Part shown: positions 19,923-30,650 of the stretch, in pieces
Layout of the letters: every line of letters begins with the position of its first letter
How positions within the stretch are numbered: the stretch's first letter is position 1
Notes under the pieces: model-generated
What the model was told of the DNA's origin: nothing
The model's input: only the letters and a program-made list of their open reading frames with translations
Databases searched by the model: none
Origin: a bacterium
Lineage (GTDB): Bacteria > Zixibacteria > MSB-5A5 > GN15 > FEB-12
Assembly (NCBI GenBank): GCA_043811375.1
Contig: JBDRNJ010000068.1
Location: 1 to 64,000, forward strand
Reading direction: 5' to 3'
DNA length: 64,000 nt
Position numbers and translations under genes: made by a program

Positions 19923-20417
19923 ATGACCAACGAAATCAAGCGGAACAACTGGTCGCGATTTTGCAAGAAATTCAACGCCAGCAACCAGATGCGCCCGACG
20001 ACCGTAAAGTTGCAGTCGGCGAATCAGGAAGAGACTAATTCTTGTTCAACCGCACCTTTCATGGGCCTGGAGATTGTCAAGAAAGGACGGTTAATCGACG
20101 GAGTAAGTATGTTCGTCGGACAGGAAGATCCTGAGCAGTTTAACCGGCCCATCGCCGCGGTTAAGCGACCGGTCAGGATGATGCTTCAAAAGGACAGTCA
20201 GGGGATCGACACTCATCTCTCGGTCGAGGGCGAAGACGGCACCGTAGTACGGGTGGAACTGTCCGGTGAAAAAGCTCCCGACCAGCCACAACAGATGATC
20301 GCGAAGCTCGCCTATGCTCTTTATGAACAACGCGACTTTACGTCGGGCAACGATCTGGATGACTGGCTGAAGGCCGAGATGCAGATTAGACAGATCGAAC
20401 AACAACTGACGCAGTAG
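19923..20417 (+). CDS. DUF5335-like + DUF2934 fusion protein
   Basis: N-terminal EI.R..W..F...F and C-terminal IAKLAYALYEQR..G..LDDWLKAE. Confidence 0.7.
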   Translation: MTNEIKRNNWSRFCKKFNASNQMRPTTVKLQSANQEETNSCSTAPFMGLEIVKKGRLIDGVSMFVGQEDPEQFNRPIAAVKRPVRMMLQKDSQGIDTHLSVEGEDGTVVRVELSGEKAPDQPQQMIAKLAYALYEQRDFTSGNDLDDWLKAEMQIRQIEQQLTQ

Positions 20418-20759
20418 ACCGACCTGCGGCAGTGCAACTGTTCGGTCACAACGCAGAGTTTGCGTTTCCCCGGCAACGGTAGTAAGGAACATAAAAGGGA
20501 GTCTCCGGCCATCCAGTGGCCGGAGACTGTGGGTGATAGGTTGGGAACGTTAGTCTCTGCTGAGAAGCTGTTTATCAAACTCTCTATGTTTATTATACGC
20601 AGCAGCCGTATAAAGTTTCAGGAGCCCGGTTGTTTTCCCTTTGTTTTTTTGATATCGATCTCAATTGTTGCCAACAAAGCTCTTTCTCCCTATAAATAGA
20701 CCCTGATATCTGTCCCGGCCGTTTGGCCTGACATAATGACCTTGACTGGAGATATCCGG

Positions 20760-22157
20760 ATGGACTACAAAACCCGAACTAAGATCCGCTCGATTATTCT
20801 GGATGAAAAGATACCGGTCGATACACCCGTTACCGTGCTGGGACTGGTGCGCACGATCAGGATCGGTAAGGATGTGGCTTTTGTTGAGGTCAATGACGGT
20901 TCCTGCCTGGAAAACATCCAGGCAGTGATCGGGTCGCCGTCAGAGTTTCCGGTATTGCAGCAGATTCTAACCGGCGCCGCTGTGAGCATCCACGGCCGAT
21001 TGATACTTTCGCAGGGAAAGGGTCAGAAGTATGAGGTCGCGGTCACATCCCTGGAACTGGCCGGGGTTGCCGACACCGACTACCCGCTGCAGAAAAAACG
21101 CCACAGTTTTGAATTTCTCCGAGAGATCGCCCACCTGCGTCCACGCACCAACACTTTCGGAGCCGTCGCTCGTATACGTTCCCGGATCGCCTATGCCATT
21201 CACCAGTACTTTCAGCAACGCGGCTTTTTCTATATCCATTCACCGGTCATCTCGGCCTCCGATGCCGAAGGGGCCGGCGACCTGTTTCATGTCTCGACCC
21301 TGGATTTCAAGAACGTGCCTCTCAAGGATGGCGAGATCGACTGGGACAGTGACTTCTTCGGAGCGGAAGCCTTCCTGGCCGTCTCGGGACAATTGGAAGC
21401 CGAACTGATGGCGGCGGCACTGGGCGATGTCTACACGTTTGCACCGACCTTTCGGGCCGAAAACTCCAACACCAGTCGTCATGCTTCGGAGTTCTGGATG
21501 ATCGAGCCGGAGATGGCCTGGGCCCAACAGGACGACAACATGGACCTGGCCGAGGATTTCCTCAAGTCCCTCTTCCGCTGCGCGCTGGAAGAATGCAGCG
21601 AGGACATGGACTTCTTCGGCAAATGGATCGACAAAGAGGTCCGCCGGACCCTGGAGGGAGTTGTTGCGGCTCAGTTCGAACGAGTCAGTTATACCGAAGC
21701 CGTCAAGATTCTGCAGGCGACCAAACAGAAGTTCGAATACCCGGTTGAGTGGGGACTTGAACTTCAGACCGAACATGAGCGCTACCTGACGGAGAAAACT
21801 TTCAGCAAGCCGGTCATCGTCTATGACTACCCGGAACAAATCAAGGCCTTCTACATGCGTCTCAACGACGACGGCAAAACCGTTCGGGCTATGGATGTGC
21901 TGGTGCCCCGGGTAGGGGAAATAATAGGTGGCAGCCAGCGTGAAGAACGGCACGATGTCCTTAAGCAGCGGATGAAGAGCAAGGGTTTTAACAATCTGGA
22001 AGTGTACGACTGGTACCTGGACATCCGCAAATGGGGCACCATGCCGCATTCGGGATTCGGGTTGGGGTTTGACCGGGTGCTTATGTACATCACCGGTATG
22101 ACCAACATCCGTGACGTGCAAGCCTTCCCCCGGGTGCCGCGATGGGCGAAGTTCTGA
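20760..22157 (+). CDS. asnS: Asparagine--tRNA ligase
   Basis: Motifs [56 protein letters not shown] and GFGLGFDR. Confidence 0.97.
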   Translation: MDYKTRTKIRSIILDEKIPVDTPVTVLGLVRTIRIGKDVAFVEVNDGSCLENIQAVIGSPSEFPVLQQILTGAAVSIHGRLILSQGKGQKYEVAVTSLELAGVADTDYPLQKKRHSFEFLREIAHLRPRTNTFGAVARIRSRIAYAIHQYFQQRGFFYIHSPVISASDAEGAGDLFHVSTLDFKNVPLKDGEIDWDSDFFGAEAFLAVSGQLEAELMAAALGDVYTFAPTFRAENSNTSRHASEFWMIEPEMAWAQQDDNMDLAEDFLKSLFRCALEECSEDMDFFGKWIDKEVRRTLEGVVAAQFERVSYTEAVKILQATKQKFEYPVEWGLELQTEHERYLTEKTFSKPVIVYDYPEQIKAFYMRLNDDGKTVRAMDVLVPRVGEIIGGSQREERHDVLKQRMKSKGFNNLEVYDWYLDIRKWGTMPHSGFGLGFDRVLMYITGMTNIRDVQAFPRVPRWAKF

Positions 22158-22213
22158 CCGGCAGCGAGGTACGTAGTCTCTAAGATGAAACATCTTTCAG
22201 GAGGAAACGCAAC

Positions 22214-23137
22214 ATGCTGACCGGAATACACTTCCTGCTGACCTACGCCTGCACTTTTGAGTGCGACCACTGCTTTCTATACAGCAGCCCGCGGGCACAG
22301 GGGACTTTCACGCTGGATCAAATGCGGCGCACGTTCGATGAAATCGACCGTATCGGCACCATCAAGACGGTTTACTTCGAAGGTGGCGAACCGTTTCTAT
22401 ATTATCCCCTGATGGTCGAAGGTTTCAGAATCGCTCGTCAACGGGGCGTCAAGGCATCCGCCGTCAGCAACGCCTACTGGGCAACATCGGTCGAGGACGC
22501 CGGACTCTGGCTGAAACCGCTGTGCGAACAGGGTATCGCCGGTATCAGCCTGAGCGATGACCTGTTCCACCATGATTCCGAAGAGGAAAGCCCCGCCAAA
22601 AAGGCGTACGTTGCCGCCACTGAACTGGGCATAGACGCCGGTACCATCTGTATCGAGGAACCAAAGGTTGTGAAACCGGGCGAAGGGCAGGAGAAGGGTG
22701 CGCCGGTCATCGGCGGCGGCGCCATGTTCAAGGGGCGAGCGGTGGAAAAACTGATCACCGGATTGCCAGGGCGACCCTGGCAGGAATTAACCAGTTGCCC
22801 TCACGAAGAACTTCAGGATCCGGAACGAGTTCACCTTGACGCCTATGGCCACGTGCATATCTGCCAGGGAGTCAGCATGGGCAACATGTGGGAGACGCCG
22901 CTGTCGGAGTTGGTCAAACGATATGATGCTGACAAGCACCCCGTCTGCGGCCCCCTGATCAAAGGCGGACCGGCACAACTGGCCAAGGAGTACGATGTTG
23001 AACATGAGGACAAGTACGTGGACGAGTGCCACATGTGTTACCTGGTGCGCCGGGCGTTGATTGACAGGTTTCCGCAGTATCTGGCACCAAAACAAGTGTA
23101 TGGACTGGAAGACAACGAATCTTCTGACGACAGTTAA
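22214..23137 (+). CDS. Radical SAM protein with C-terminal Cys-rich (SPASM/twitch-like) region
   Basis: CTFECDHC (CxxxCxxC), GGEPFL, and extra Cys in CPHE, HICQG and ECHMC. Confidence 0.9.
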   Translation: MLTGIHFLLTYACTFECDHCFLYSSPRAQGTFTLDQMRRTFDEIDRIGTIKTVYFEGGEPFLYYPLMVEGFRIARQRGVKASAVSNAYWATSVEDAGLWLKPLCEQGIAGISLSDDLFHHDSEEESPAKKAYVAATELGIDAGTICIEEPKVVKPGEGQEKGAPVIGGGAMFKGRAVEKLITGLPGRPWQELTSCPHEELQDPERVHLDAYGHVHICQGVSMGNMWETPLSELVKRYDADKHPVCGPLIKGGPAQLAKEYDVEHEDKYVDECHMCYLVRRALIDRFPQYLAPKQVYGLEDNESSDDS

Positions 23138-23186
23138 ACGTTAGTAAATCATCCCAGACGCAACTTGCACATCTACTGTGGAGTTT

Positions 23187-23265
23187 GGCAGGGCACAACC
23201 CGAAGTGGTTGTGCCGATCGTAACGTACGTACGGCAGAACAACTAAAAGGTACTGCCCTCGACCA
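23187..23265. repeat. REP-like doublet
   Basis: GGCAGGGCACAACC..GGTTGTGCC ... GGCAGAAC..GGTACTGCCCT. Confidence 0.5.
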
Positions 23266-23280
23266 CATAAGATCGCGTAT

Positions 23281-24480
23281 ATGACCGGCTATACCAAATC
23301 ACTCCTCGCACTGGTGGTATCCCTGATCGCACTGCAATCAGTCGTGATCGGTGTGGCCGGACTGGATCGGCCGTACTGGGGAGATGAGTCCCACTTTGTG
23401 CCGACGGTGCGGGAGTTTGGTGATGAGATCAGTCTTGACCGGTTGAAGCACTACAACGAAATGTCCGGTCCGCTGCCGTTTGTCGTATACGCCCTCTGGG
23501 GTCGAGCCTTCGGTTTTGAAATCCACGTCCTGCGTATCCTTTCGGTCATCATAGCCCTGTTGACCGGCCTGGTCTTTCACCGCCTGCTGTACACCGTGAC
23601 GGGAAAACCGATGGTTTCGGTTCTGGGGGCGGTGTTCCTGGCAGGGCATCCGTATATGGTCGGGTTCAGCATTTTTGTATTCACCGACATGCTGCCGATC
23701 CTGCTGCTGATACTGGCCTGCCTGGCGCTGGTGAAACACAGTGCGGGTGCATTCGCTCTGGCGGCAGCCGGTGCGCTCCTGTGCCGTCAGTACTATATCT
23801 TTTTGCCGTTGGCGGCGGCGGCGTATGCATTGATGGGAGTCATACGCGGCCATGAAAGCACTGGCGGCCAATCAGCAGCACAATTCGCGAAGCGGCTGTT
23901 GGTCGCCGGTCTTTTTTCGGTGGTACCGCTGGGGTTGTTGTTTCTATTGTGGCAGGGAGTCAGTCCGGACAATGAACTGAGAGCGCACTATCTTGAGCAG
24001 GGGCTTACTTTCCACCTGAATTACCTGGTGATGTATGTCTGCCTGCTGTCGATCTACCTGCTGCCGGTTGTGGTTGCCAGGTGGCGCTGGTTCTATCGTG
24101 ATCGACGCACAAACGTGGCGGCCCTGATCGTCTCATGGCTTTACTGGTTGTTTCCGGTGACGGCGTCACCGCACGCGCTGGCTATCGATGTTGACACGGT
24201 CGGTCTCTTCCACCGCTTTCTCCGCTGGATCGGAGGAAGCACCTTCGAGCAAATCGTTTTCTACTTTGGCTTCCTGCTGGGTTTGCCGATTTTGATCTGG
24301 CTCATCCGTGACTGCTTGACACGCATCAGGCGACGTCAGTATGATCTACCGTTATTTCTTGATCTGGCGGTGCCGGCTTTCCTGGTGATTATGCCGTTTT
24401 CGTATTTGTGCTGGGAGAAGTACTTCCTGCCGATGGTGCCGTTGTTGATCGTGCGACTGCTTCACCGCGAGGCGGCATAG
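23281..24480 (+). CDS. GT-C fold membrane glycosyltransferase (PMT_2/ALG10-like)
   Basis: WGDESHF after TM1, about 10 TMs, L.RQ.Y and C-terminal WEKYFLP. Confidence 0.7.
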   Translation: MTGYTKSLLALVVSLIALQSVVIGVAGLDRPYWGDESHFVPTVREFGDEISLDRLKHYNEMSGPLPFVVYALWGRAFGFEIHVLRILSVIIALLTGLVFHRLLYTVTGKPMVSVLGAVFLAGHPYMVGFSIFVFTDMLPILLLILACLALVKHSAGAFALAAAGALLCRQYYIFLPLAAAAYALMGVIRGHESTGGQSAAQFAKRLLVAGLFSVVPLGLLFLLWQGVSPDNELRAHYLEQGLTFHLNYLVMYVCLLSIYLLPVVVARWRWFYRDRRTNVAALIVSWLYWLFPVTASPHALAIDVDTVGLFHRFLRWIGGSTFEQIVFYFGFLLGLPILIWLIRDCLTRIRRRQYDLPLFLDLAVPAFLVIMPFSYLCWEKYFLPMVPLLIVRLLHREAA

Positions 24481-24556
24481 AATCGGAAGTGTTTCCGGTA
24501 TAAATTCTTTTCCGTCGCTGCACTACGATTACATTCATTAAATAAGAGTAACGTTG

Positions 24557-25654
24557 TTACCTTTTGGAGAAGCGGAGGGTGGCGAAAGTGAAAATGACAA
24601 CGGCATAGACCGTCTGGGCGGCGATGTCGCGCCAGAGATCGGCAAAGCCTGAGCCTTTCATCATAATGCCGCGAGCAATGCTCAGGAAGAAGCGCATCGG
24701 GTTGATGCAGGTAATATACTGCAACCAGTCGGGCATGTTGGCGATGGGAGTAAAAAAACCTGAGGTGAGCATGGCGAAGATCGAAAAGAACCAGGCAAAG
24801 AACATCGCCTGTTGCTGGGACGTGGTTACGGTGGAGATAAACAGACCCACCCCCAGAGCCGCCAGCAGGTAGACGGCGGCCAGACCGGTCAGCAAAAACG
24901 GTGAACCGACAAACGGCACCGAGAACCAGAGCACGCCGACCGTCAAAACGACCATCATCTCGAACAGACCGAGAACGGCAAAGGGGGCGATCTTACCCAG
25001 CAGCAACGTCAGTTTGGAGATCGGTGTCACCAGCAGTTGCTCCAGGGTGCCGGCTTCACGCTCGCGAATAAGGGCCATAGAGGTCAGCATCACCGAAAGC
25101 ATCAGCAGCAGGCTGGCGACAATACCGGGCACCATGAAGTACACCGACTCGGCTTCGGGATTGTACAGCACCTGGCGTCTGATATCAATCGGCGGTCGCA
25201 AGCCGGTTTTATCCTGCGAAAACTTGCGGGCCATTTGTGCTGCGTAACCCAGCCCGATCGTGGCGGAATTGGCATTGGAGCCGTCGGCTATTAAACCGAC
25301 GGTGACTTGCTTTCGCTGCCGGATGCTTTCGGAGAAGTCCGGCGGGATAAGCAGAGCCATCTCGGCCCGGCCGGTAGTGAAACGACTGTCCAGGTCGTTC
25401 ACGTCTGTTGCCGGCTCGTCAGCGATGAAGTAGTCACCCGCCTGCATGGCGCCGACAAACTCGCGGGACATCCGACCGCGGTCAAAATCGTAGACGTCAA
25501 GAGCAATCTGCCGGACTTCGGTATTGGCCACGTAGCCGAAGATGATCAACTGCATCAGCGGCATGGCGAAGATGAGTTTCAGCATGTTGGCATCGCGAAA
25601 GACGTGCCGGAACTCTTTGACGACCAGACCGATAAAGGGACGCCACATAATCAT
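24557..25654 (-). CDS. ABC-2 type transporter permease (YbhR-like)
   Basis: Motifs KEFRHVFRD, YNP, FMVPG, REREAGTLEQLLVTP and SGFFTPIANMP. Confidence 0.92.
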   Translation of the reverse strand: MIMWRPFIGLVVKEFRHVFRDANMLKLIFAMPLMQLIIFGYVANTEVRQIALDVYDFDRGRMSREFVGAMQAGDYFIADEPATDVNDLDSRFTTGRAEMALLIPPDFSESIRQRKQVTVGLIADGSNANSATIGLGYAAQMARKFSQDKTGLRPPIDIRRQVLYNPEAESVYFMVPGIVASLLLMLSVMLTSMALIREREAGTLEQLLVTPISKLTLLLGKIAPFAVLGLFEMMVVLTVGVLWFSVPFVGSPFLLTGLAAVYLLAALGVGLFISTVTTSQQQAMFFAWFFSIFAMLTSGFFTPIANMPDWLQYITCINPMRFFLSIARGIMMKGSGFADLWRDIAAQTVYAVVIFTFATLRFSKR

Positions 25655-26757
25655 ACCGCCCCGGCTCGGAAACGTCGCGCGGCGACCGACACCATGAGAA
25701 CCATCAACAGCAGCAGAAACATACCCTGCCCGGCCAGCACTTCCAGACCGGCTCCTTTGAGCATAATGCCGCGTATGATCGTGACAAAGTACCTGGCCGG
25801 CACGATGCTGCTGAGCAGTTGCAACGCCGTGGGCATGTTCTTGATGGCGAAAATAAACCCGGACAGCATCACCGAGGGCAGCATGGTTGTCATAACGGCA
25901 AGCATGGCCGCTACCTGCTGGGTTTTGACCAGCGATGATATCAGTATGCCGATGGAAAGTGAGGTGGCGATGTATATAAGGCCAAATCCCAGCAGCAGCA
26001 GATGTGAACCGACAAACGGCACGCCGAAAATGATCCTGGCAAACGTGAGGACCAGGATGCCGTCAGCCAGCGCCACCACCACATACGGGAGGATTTTGCC
26101 CAGCAGGACTTCAATCGGTTTCACCGGTGCCGTCAGCAACTGTTCCATGGTGCCGGTTTCTTTTTCGCGGGCCAGAGTGACGGAGGTAAGCAGCGCCGCG
26201 ATCATCATCAGGATTATCGCCACCAGCGCCGGCACGAAGAAATGAGAGGATTTCAAGTCGGGATTATATAAGACCTGGGGTGCAATTACCACACCCGGCA
26301 GGCGTACCCCGGGATCTAGACGGTCGGTTAGAAAACGCTGCAACATTCGTTCGCAATAGCTCTGAACGGCGGCGCTCATGTTGTTGTCGGAACCATCGAC
26401 AATCAGGCCCAGGGAGAACCGCTTACCCTGGGTGAGCGCCCGGTCAAAACCGGGTTTAATGACCAGCACGGCGTGAGCCTGCCCGGCGCGGAGAATTCGT
26501 TGTGGGTCACGAGGGTCGATCTCGGTTTCGGAAGGGACAAAGCTGGTTGAACTGTAGAAGCAGCGGATCAGATCAGCCGATGCTCCTGTCCGGTCATGGT
26601 CGACCACGGACAGGACGACCTCTTCTATATCCATGTTGACGGCATAACCATACAGGAAGGTCATCATCACCGGCATCAACAGCACAATGGTGAGCGAGCG
26701 AGGGTCACGCAGAATATGATAAAACTCCTTGCGGGCGATAAACCTAAGCCGGTGCAT
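25651..26757 (-). CDS. ABC-2 type transporter permease (YbhS-like)
   Basis: Start MHRLRFIARKEFYHILRDPR; motifs YNPDL and REKETGTMEQL. Confidence 0.92.
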   Translation of the reverse strand: MHRLRFIARKEFYHILRDPRSLTIVLLMPVMMTFLYGYAVNMDIEEVVLSVVDHDRTGASADLIRCFYSSTSFVPSETEIDPRDPQRILRAGQAHAVLVIKPGFDRALTQGKRFSLGLIVDGSDNNMSAAVQSYCERMLQRFLTDRLDPGVRLPGVVIAPQVLYNPDLKSSHFFVPALVAIILMMIAALLTSVTLAREKETGTMEQLLTAPVKPIEVLLGKILPYVVVALADGILVLTFARIIFGVPFVGSHLLLLGFGLIYIATSLSIGILISSLVKTQQVAAMLAVMTTMLPSVMLSGFIFAIKNMPTALQLLSSIVPARYFVTIIRGIMLKGAGLEVLAGQGMFLLLLMVLMVSVAARRFRAGAV

Positions 26758-27493
26758 GGGCGTTCTCCTGCGAGCGTACCAGCGTGATAAAAGCCTCTTC
26801 GAGATTGGAGCAGTCCAGCCGGTGCACAATGTCGGACGGTCGTCCCACTTCGATCAGGTGACCCTGGTGCATGATGGAGATACGGCCGCAGTACTGGGCC
26901 TCATCCATGTAGTGGGTGGTCACGAAGACAGTAACGCCGTCCTCGGCCAGATCATACAGAATCTCCCAGAACCGACGACGGAACACCGGATCGACACCGG
27001 CGGTCGGTTCGTCCAGGAACAGAATCTCCGGTTCGTGCAGCAGGGCCACGCCCAGGGCCAGGCGCTGCCGCCAGCCAACCGGCAGGGAGCCGGTGCGACG
27101 ATTGATAAAGTCATGCAGCGACAAGCGGTCGGAGAGGTCTGCCAGTCGCTGTCTAACTCGACTCCGAGACAGTCCGTAGGCTGCGCCGTAGAAGCGCAGA
27201 TTCTCGTTCCCGGTAAGGTCCGAGTACAGGGAAAATTTCTGTGACATGTAACCGATACGTCGCTTGATCGCTTCCGGCTGGGTGGTAATGTCCAGACCGG
27301 CCACCGTGCCGCCCCCGGAGGTGGGCATCAGCAGGCCGCAGAGCATGCGGATGGTGGTTGTTTTGCCGGCTCCGTTGGCGCCCAGGAAACCGAAGGTCTC
27401 GCCGCGGTCTACAGTGAGTGAAATGTCGTCCACCGCCTTGAAACGGCCAAAGTGTCGAGACAGCTTGTCAATCACGACCGCCGGGTGGCTCAT
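26744..27493 (-). CDS. ABC transporter ATP-binding protein
   Basis: Walker A GANGAGKTT, LDEPTAGVDP and TTHYMDEA; degenerate signature LPVGW. Confidence 0.95.
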   Translation of the reverse strand: MSHPAVVIDKLSRHFGRFKAVDDISLTVDRGETFGFLGANGAGKTTTIRMLCGLLMPTSGGGTVAGLDITTQPEAIKRRIGYMSQKFSLYSDLTGNENLRFYGAAYGLSRSRVRQRLADLSDRLSLHDFINRRTGSLPVGWRQRLALGVALLHEPEILFLDEPTAGVDPVFRRRFWEILYDLAEDGVTVFVTTHYMDEAQYCGRISIMHQGHLIEVGRPSDIVHRLDCSNLEEAFITLVRSQENAHAPA

Positions 27494-28398
27494 GATCCGG
27501 CTCCCATCAACTGGATGAACGTATCCTCCAGATCGGCGACCACCGGGGTCAGATGGTCGGGATCGATATCAAGCTGCTTCAGTTTCTTTTGCAGGTCGAA
27601 AGTTGTTGTCCGGCTATCGGCGTAGATGTGCAGTCCGGCGCCAAAGCGCTCGGCGTGTAGTTCTCCCACACTATTGATGTGATCAACCAGACGCCGGTCG
27701 GGGGCGACATCGAGAAAATATACCCGGCCATCGAACATAGCCGTCAGTTCGGCGGGTGTGCCTTCAGCCAGCTTGCGACCGTTGAACACAAAGCAGGCTC
27801 GATCAGCACGGGCCACCTCGTCCATGTACGGGGTCGAGACCATGATGGTTACTCCCTCTCGGCGCAGATTGTCCAGGATTTCCCAGAACTGTCGTCGTGA
27901 AAGCGGATCCACACCGGCGGTCGGTTCGTCCAACAGCAGCAGTTGCGGGTCATGCATCAGGGCACACGAGAGAGCCAGTTTCTGTTTCATGCCGCCGGAT
28001 AATGCTCCCGCCCGTCGCCGGGCAAACGGCTCCAGGTTTGAAAACCGGTAGAGGTAATCGCGTTTGTGGCGGTATTCCCGGCCGGTAACGCCATAGATGC
28101 CGGCAAAGAAAACCAGGTTCTCCTCGACGCTGAGATCCGGATACAGAGAGAACACCTGCGGCATATAGCCCAACAGAGGTTTGATCCGATCAAAGTCGCG
28201 GTCGACATCGTGGCCGTCTATCAGAACTCTTCCGGCATCGAACCCCAGCAGATGACACAAGGAGCGGATAATGGTCGTCTTGCCGGCGCCGTCCGGTCCC
28301 ACCAGGGCGTAGACCTCGCCCCGCCGGACCTCACATGAGAAACTATCGACGGCAGTGACCTTACCATACTTTTTGGAAAGTTCGGATATGACTACCAA
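27490..28398 (-). CDS. ABC transporter ATP-binding protein
   Basis: GPDGAGKTT, LSGGMKQ, LDEPT and STPYMDE. Confidence 0.95.
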   Translation of the reverse strand: MVVISELSKKYGKVTAVDSFSCEVRRGEVYALVGPDGAGKTTIIRSLCHLLGFDAGRVLIDGHDVDRDFDRIKPLLGYMPQVFSLYPDLSVEENLVFFAGIYGVTGREYRHKRDYLYRFSNLEPFARRRAGALSGGMKQKLALSCALMHDPQLLLLDEPTAGVDPLSRRQFWEILDNLRREGVTIMVSTPYMDEVARADRACFVFNGRKLAEGTPAELTAMFDGRVYFLDVAPDRRLVDHINSVGELHAERFGAGLHIYADSRTTTFDLQKKLKQLDIDPDHLTPVVADLEDTFIQLMGAGS

Positions 28399-28403
28399 GA
28401 CTA

Positions 28404-29315
28404 CTATTCCTCAAAAGTGACAAAGACCGGCATACCGATTTTGAGACGTCCGTCGGTATTGGCCACCCGAACTTTGACGGCGTAGACGAGGTTAGTCCGT
28501 GACTTTTTCGTCTGGACGTTCTTGGGTGTGAACTCCGCCTCTGCCGATGTCCAGACCACTTCGCCCGGGTAGCGGCGGTCGCCGGATTCGATGTCTATCA
28601 CGGCTTGATCGCCTATGGCGATATCGGCAAAGTCGCCTGCCGGCAGGTAGGCTTTCACCCACAGTGTGTCCAGGCGGGATATTTTTACGATGGGGCTGCC
28701 GGCGGCCAGCAGTTCCCCGGCCTCGATATACTTTTCGGTTACGATACCGTCGGCAGGAGAAACCGGATAGCAATCCTGTCGTTGCCTGAAGAGATTCTTG
28801 ATGTCGGCATCGATACGGGCCAGTTCGGCCTCAACGGCGGCGATGTTGGACGCCGCTGTCTGCCGTTGGAGTGTGGCTGCCGTCAGGGTGTGTTCGATCT
28901 GGTCGAGTTGTCTTTGCGTGGCGGTGCCGGAGTTGACCAGGGTGGCAATGCGATCCCGTTCGGTTCCGGCATAGCGTTCCGATTCCTCGGCCTGATCAAG
29001 TTGCAGTCGCGCTGTGTGCAGCCCGGCCTCGGTTGCCTGTCGTCCGGCCTGTGCGGATTCCAGTTTCAGTTCCAGGCGGCTGGGATCGATAATCAACAGC
29101 GTGTCACCAGCCCGGACGGCGTCACCTTCGGCGTAGTGAAGCAACTGCACGCGTCCGGTTACCTCGGCCGACATGATAACTTCATCGGCTTCCAGCATCC
29201 CGGAACTGCCGCTCATATTGTTGCTGTCATCACAGCCGACCGAAACTGTCAACACTGCGGCGGCCAGACCGATTAGAAAAGGGATCCGTATACATCCGGC
29301 ATTGTCTGAAATCAT
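28404..29315 (-). CDS. HlyD-family periplasmic adaptor (YbhG-like), probable lipoprotein
   Basis: VSVG-C lipobox, AEFTPKNVQT and LKIGMP. Confidence 0.92.
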   Translation of the reverse strand: MISDNAGCIRIPFLIGLAAAVLTVSVGCDDSNNMSGSSGMLEADEVIMSAEVTGRVQLLHYAEGDAVRAGDTLLIIDPSRLELKLESAQAGRQATEAGLHTARLQLDQAEESERYAGTERDRIATLVNSGTATQRQLDQIEHTLTAATLQRQTAASNIAAVEAELARIDADIKNLFRQRQDCYPVSPADGIVTEKYIEAGELLAAGSPIVKISRLDTLWVKAYLPAGDFADIAIGDQAVIDIESGDRRYPGEVVWTSAEAEFTPKNVQTKKSRTNLVYAVKVRVANTDGRLKIGMPVFVTFEE

Positions 29316-29318
29316 GTC

Positions 29319-30650
29319 TTACAAACCTTCCTTCAGTTTTGGTGAACCCGCAGCCAGGTAGAAGCCGCTCCGGGCAACATAGTAATCAACCAGTGCTGTC
29401 GCCAGAAAGGCTTCCGCTTCGCTCAGAGAAGCCTCTGACTGCAACAGGCGATTGGCCGATAATACTCCCTGCCGATGTTTGAAAGCCGCCAGACGGTAAT
29501 TGTCCCGGGCTACCTGATGTGAATACCGGGCCGTCTGATAAGTGTGGTAGGCCAGTTTCAGGTTTTCCGAAGCGAGGCGAATCTGACGGTCGATGCTGCG
29601 TGCGACGTCATGCCGCTGTTGCTGCGCCGCCGTGTGTTGTTGCCTGGCGCTCAGCATGTTGTGGTGTTGCTGCCGACCAAGATTAAACGACCAGTCAATA
29701 CGAGCACCTACTGTAAAGTAGTCGTTAAAGTCATTGTGGAACCGATCCAGGTTTGGCTTGCCGTTGGAGTAGCCGCCGAATGCCGTTAAAGTGGGCATAT
29801 AGGCGCTGTGGGTCAGACGTACCCGGGCGCGGTTGATACCCAGCGCTGCTTCCGCTGCCTGCAGTCGGGGATTTGTAGCCGGTATCTCGTGCAGAGCTTG
29901 CTGCAGCCGGATGCTGTCCGGTGGCGGCAATGTCAGTGTTACCTGTAAACTATCGGTTATAGGCAGATCAAGCAGGAGGCATAGCCTGATTTCCGCTGAA
30001 CGCCGGAGTGTAACGGTTTCCCTGATACGGAGATTAGCGCCGGCCAGGGCCAGGTCGGCCTCCAGTAGATCGACCGAATCGGCGGTACCGGCCGCGAAAG
30101 CGGACGCGACATCTTCACTGGTGACTGTGGCTCGCCGGAGAGCGGCGTCCGCAGCTTCCCGCAGTCGCTCGGCGCGGCAAAGTGAAAAGTATTCCAACCG
30201 CGTCTGGTACAACAGTTGATTGAGATAGTCCTGCTCGAGAGCATCCTTCATGGTTGCCGTAGAAGTGGCGGCATCGATATTGCCGCGAATCCGTCCGCCG
30301 GTGTACAATGGCATCATCAACCGCCAATCCATCTGGTAATTCTCATGAACGCCAACCGGACGCGAAAAAGTCTGGCCGGTCGGCAAACTGATGTCCAGTG
30401 TGGGAACGTTGTCAATGTAGAACGAAGCTACCTCCGCCGACAACGTGGGCAGGCGGGCGGCTCTGGCGGCACGCAGGGAACTCAGGGATGCTTCTCGCTC
30501 AGCTTGAGCACGTCGTAATTGGTGTGAGTTTTCAACTGCCGATTCAAGTGCCTGCTGCAGTGACAGCTCTCCGGTTTGAGCGGACGGTGGTGTAACTAAC
30601 ATCACCAACAACAGTATCAACAGACCGGAAGGTATTGGGGAGTGCTTCAT
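29319..30650 (-). CDS. TolC-family outer membrane efflux protein
   Basis: Signal peptide, LPTL, PLYTGG and duplicated OEP helices. Confidence 0.9.
   Translation of the reverse strand: MKHSPIPSGLLILLLVMLVTPPSAQTGELSLQQALESAVENSHQLRRAQAEREASLSSLRAARAARLPTLSAEVASFYIDNVPTLDISLPTGQTFSRPVGVHENYQMDWRLMMPLYTGGRIRGNIDAATSTATMKDALEQDYLNQLLYQTRLEYFSLCRAERLREAADAALRRATVTSEDVASAFAAGTADSVDLLEADLALAGANLRIRETVTLRRSAEIRLCLLLDLPITDSLQVTLTLPPPDSIRLQQALHEIPATNPRLQAAEAALGINRARVRLTHSAYMPTLTAFGGYSNGKPNLDRFHNDFNDYFTVGARIDWSFNLGRQQHHNMLSARQQHTAAQQQRHDVARSIDRQIRLASENLKLAYHTYQTARYSHQVARDNYRLAAFKHRQGVLSANRLLQSEASLSEAEAFLATALVDYYVARSGFYLAAGSPKLKEGL

Noticed and set aside
21240..22193. 317-aa minus-strand ORF (also long ORFs at 25307, 31654, 52120, 60571 and 62296)
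   Set aside because: Antisense or off-frame shadows of well-supported genes, expected in GC-rich DNA.
15876..24480. Possible genomic island integrated at tRNA-Ala
   Set aside because: No integrase, no duplicated tRNA 3' end seen, and housekeeping asnS lies within it.
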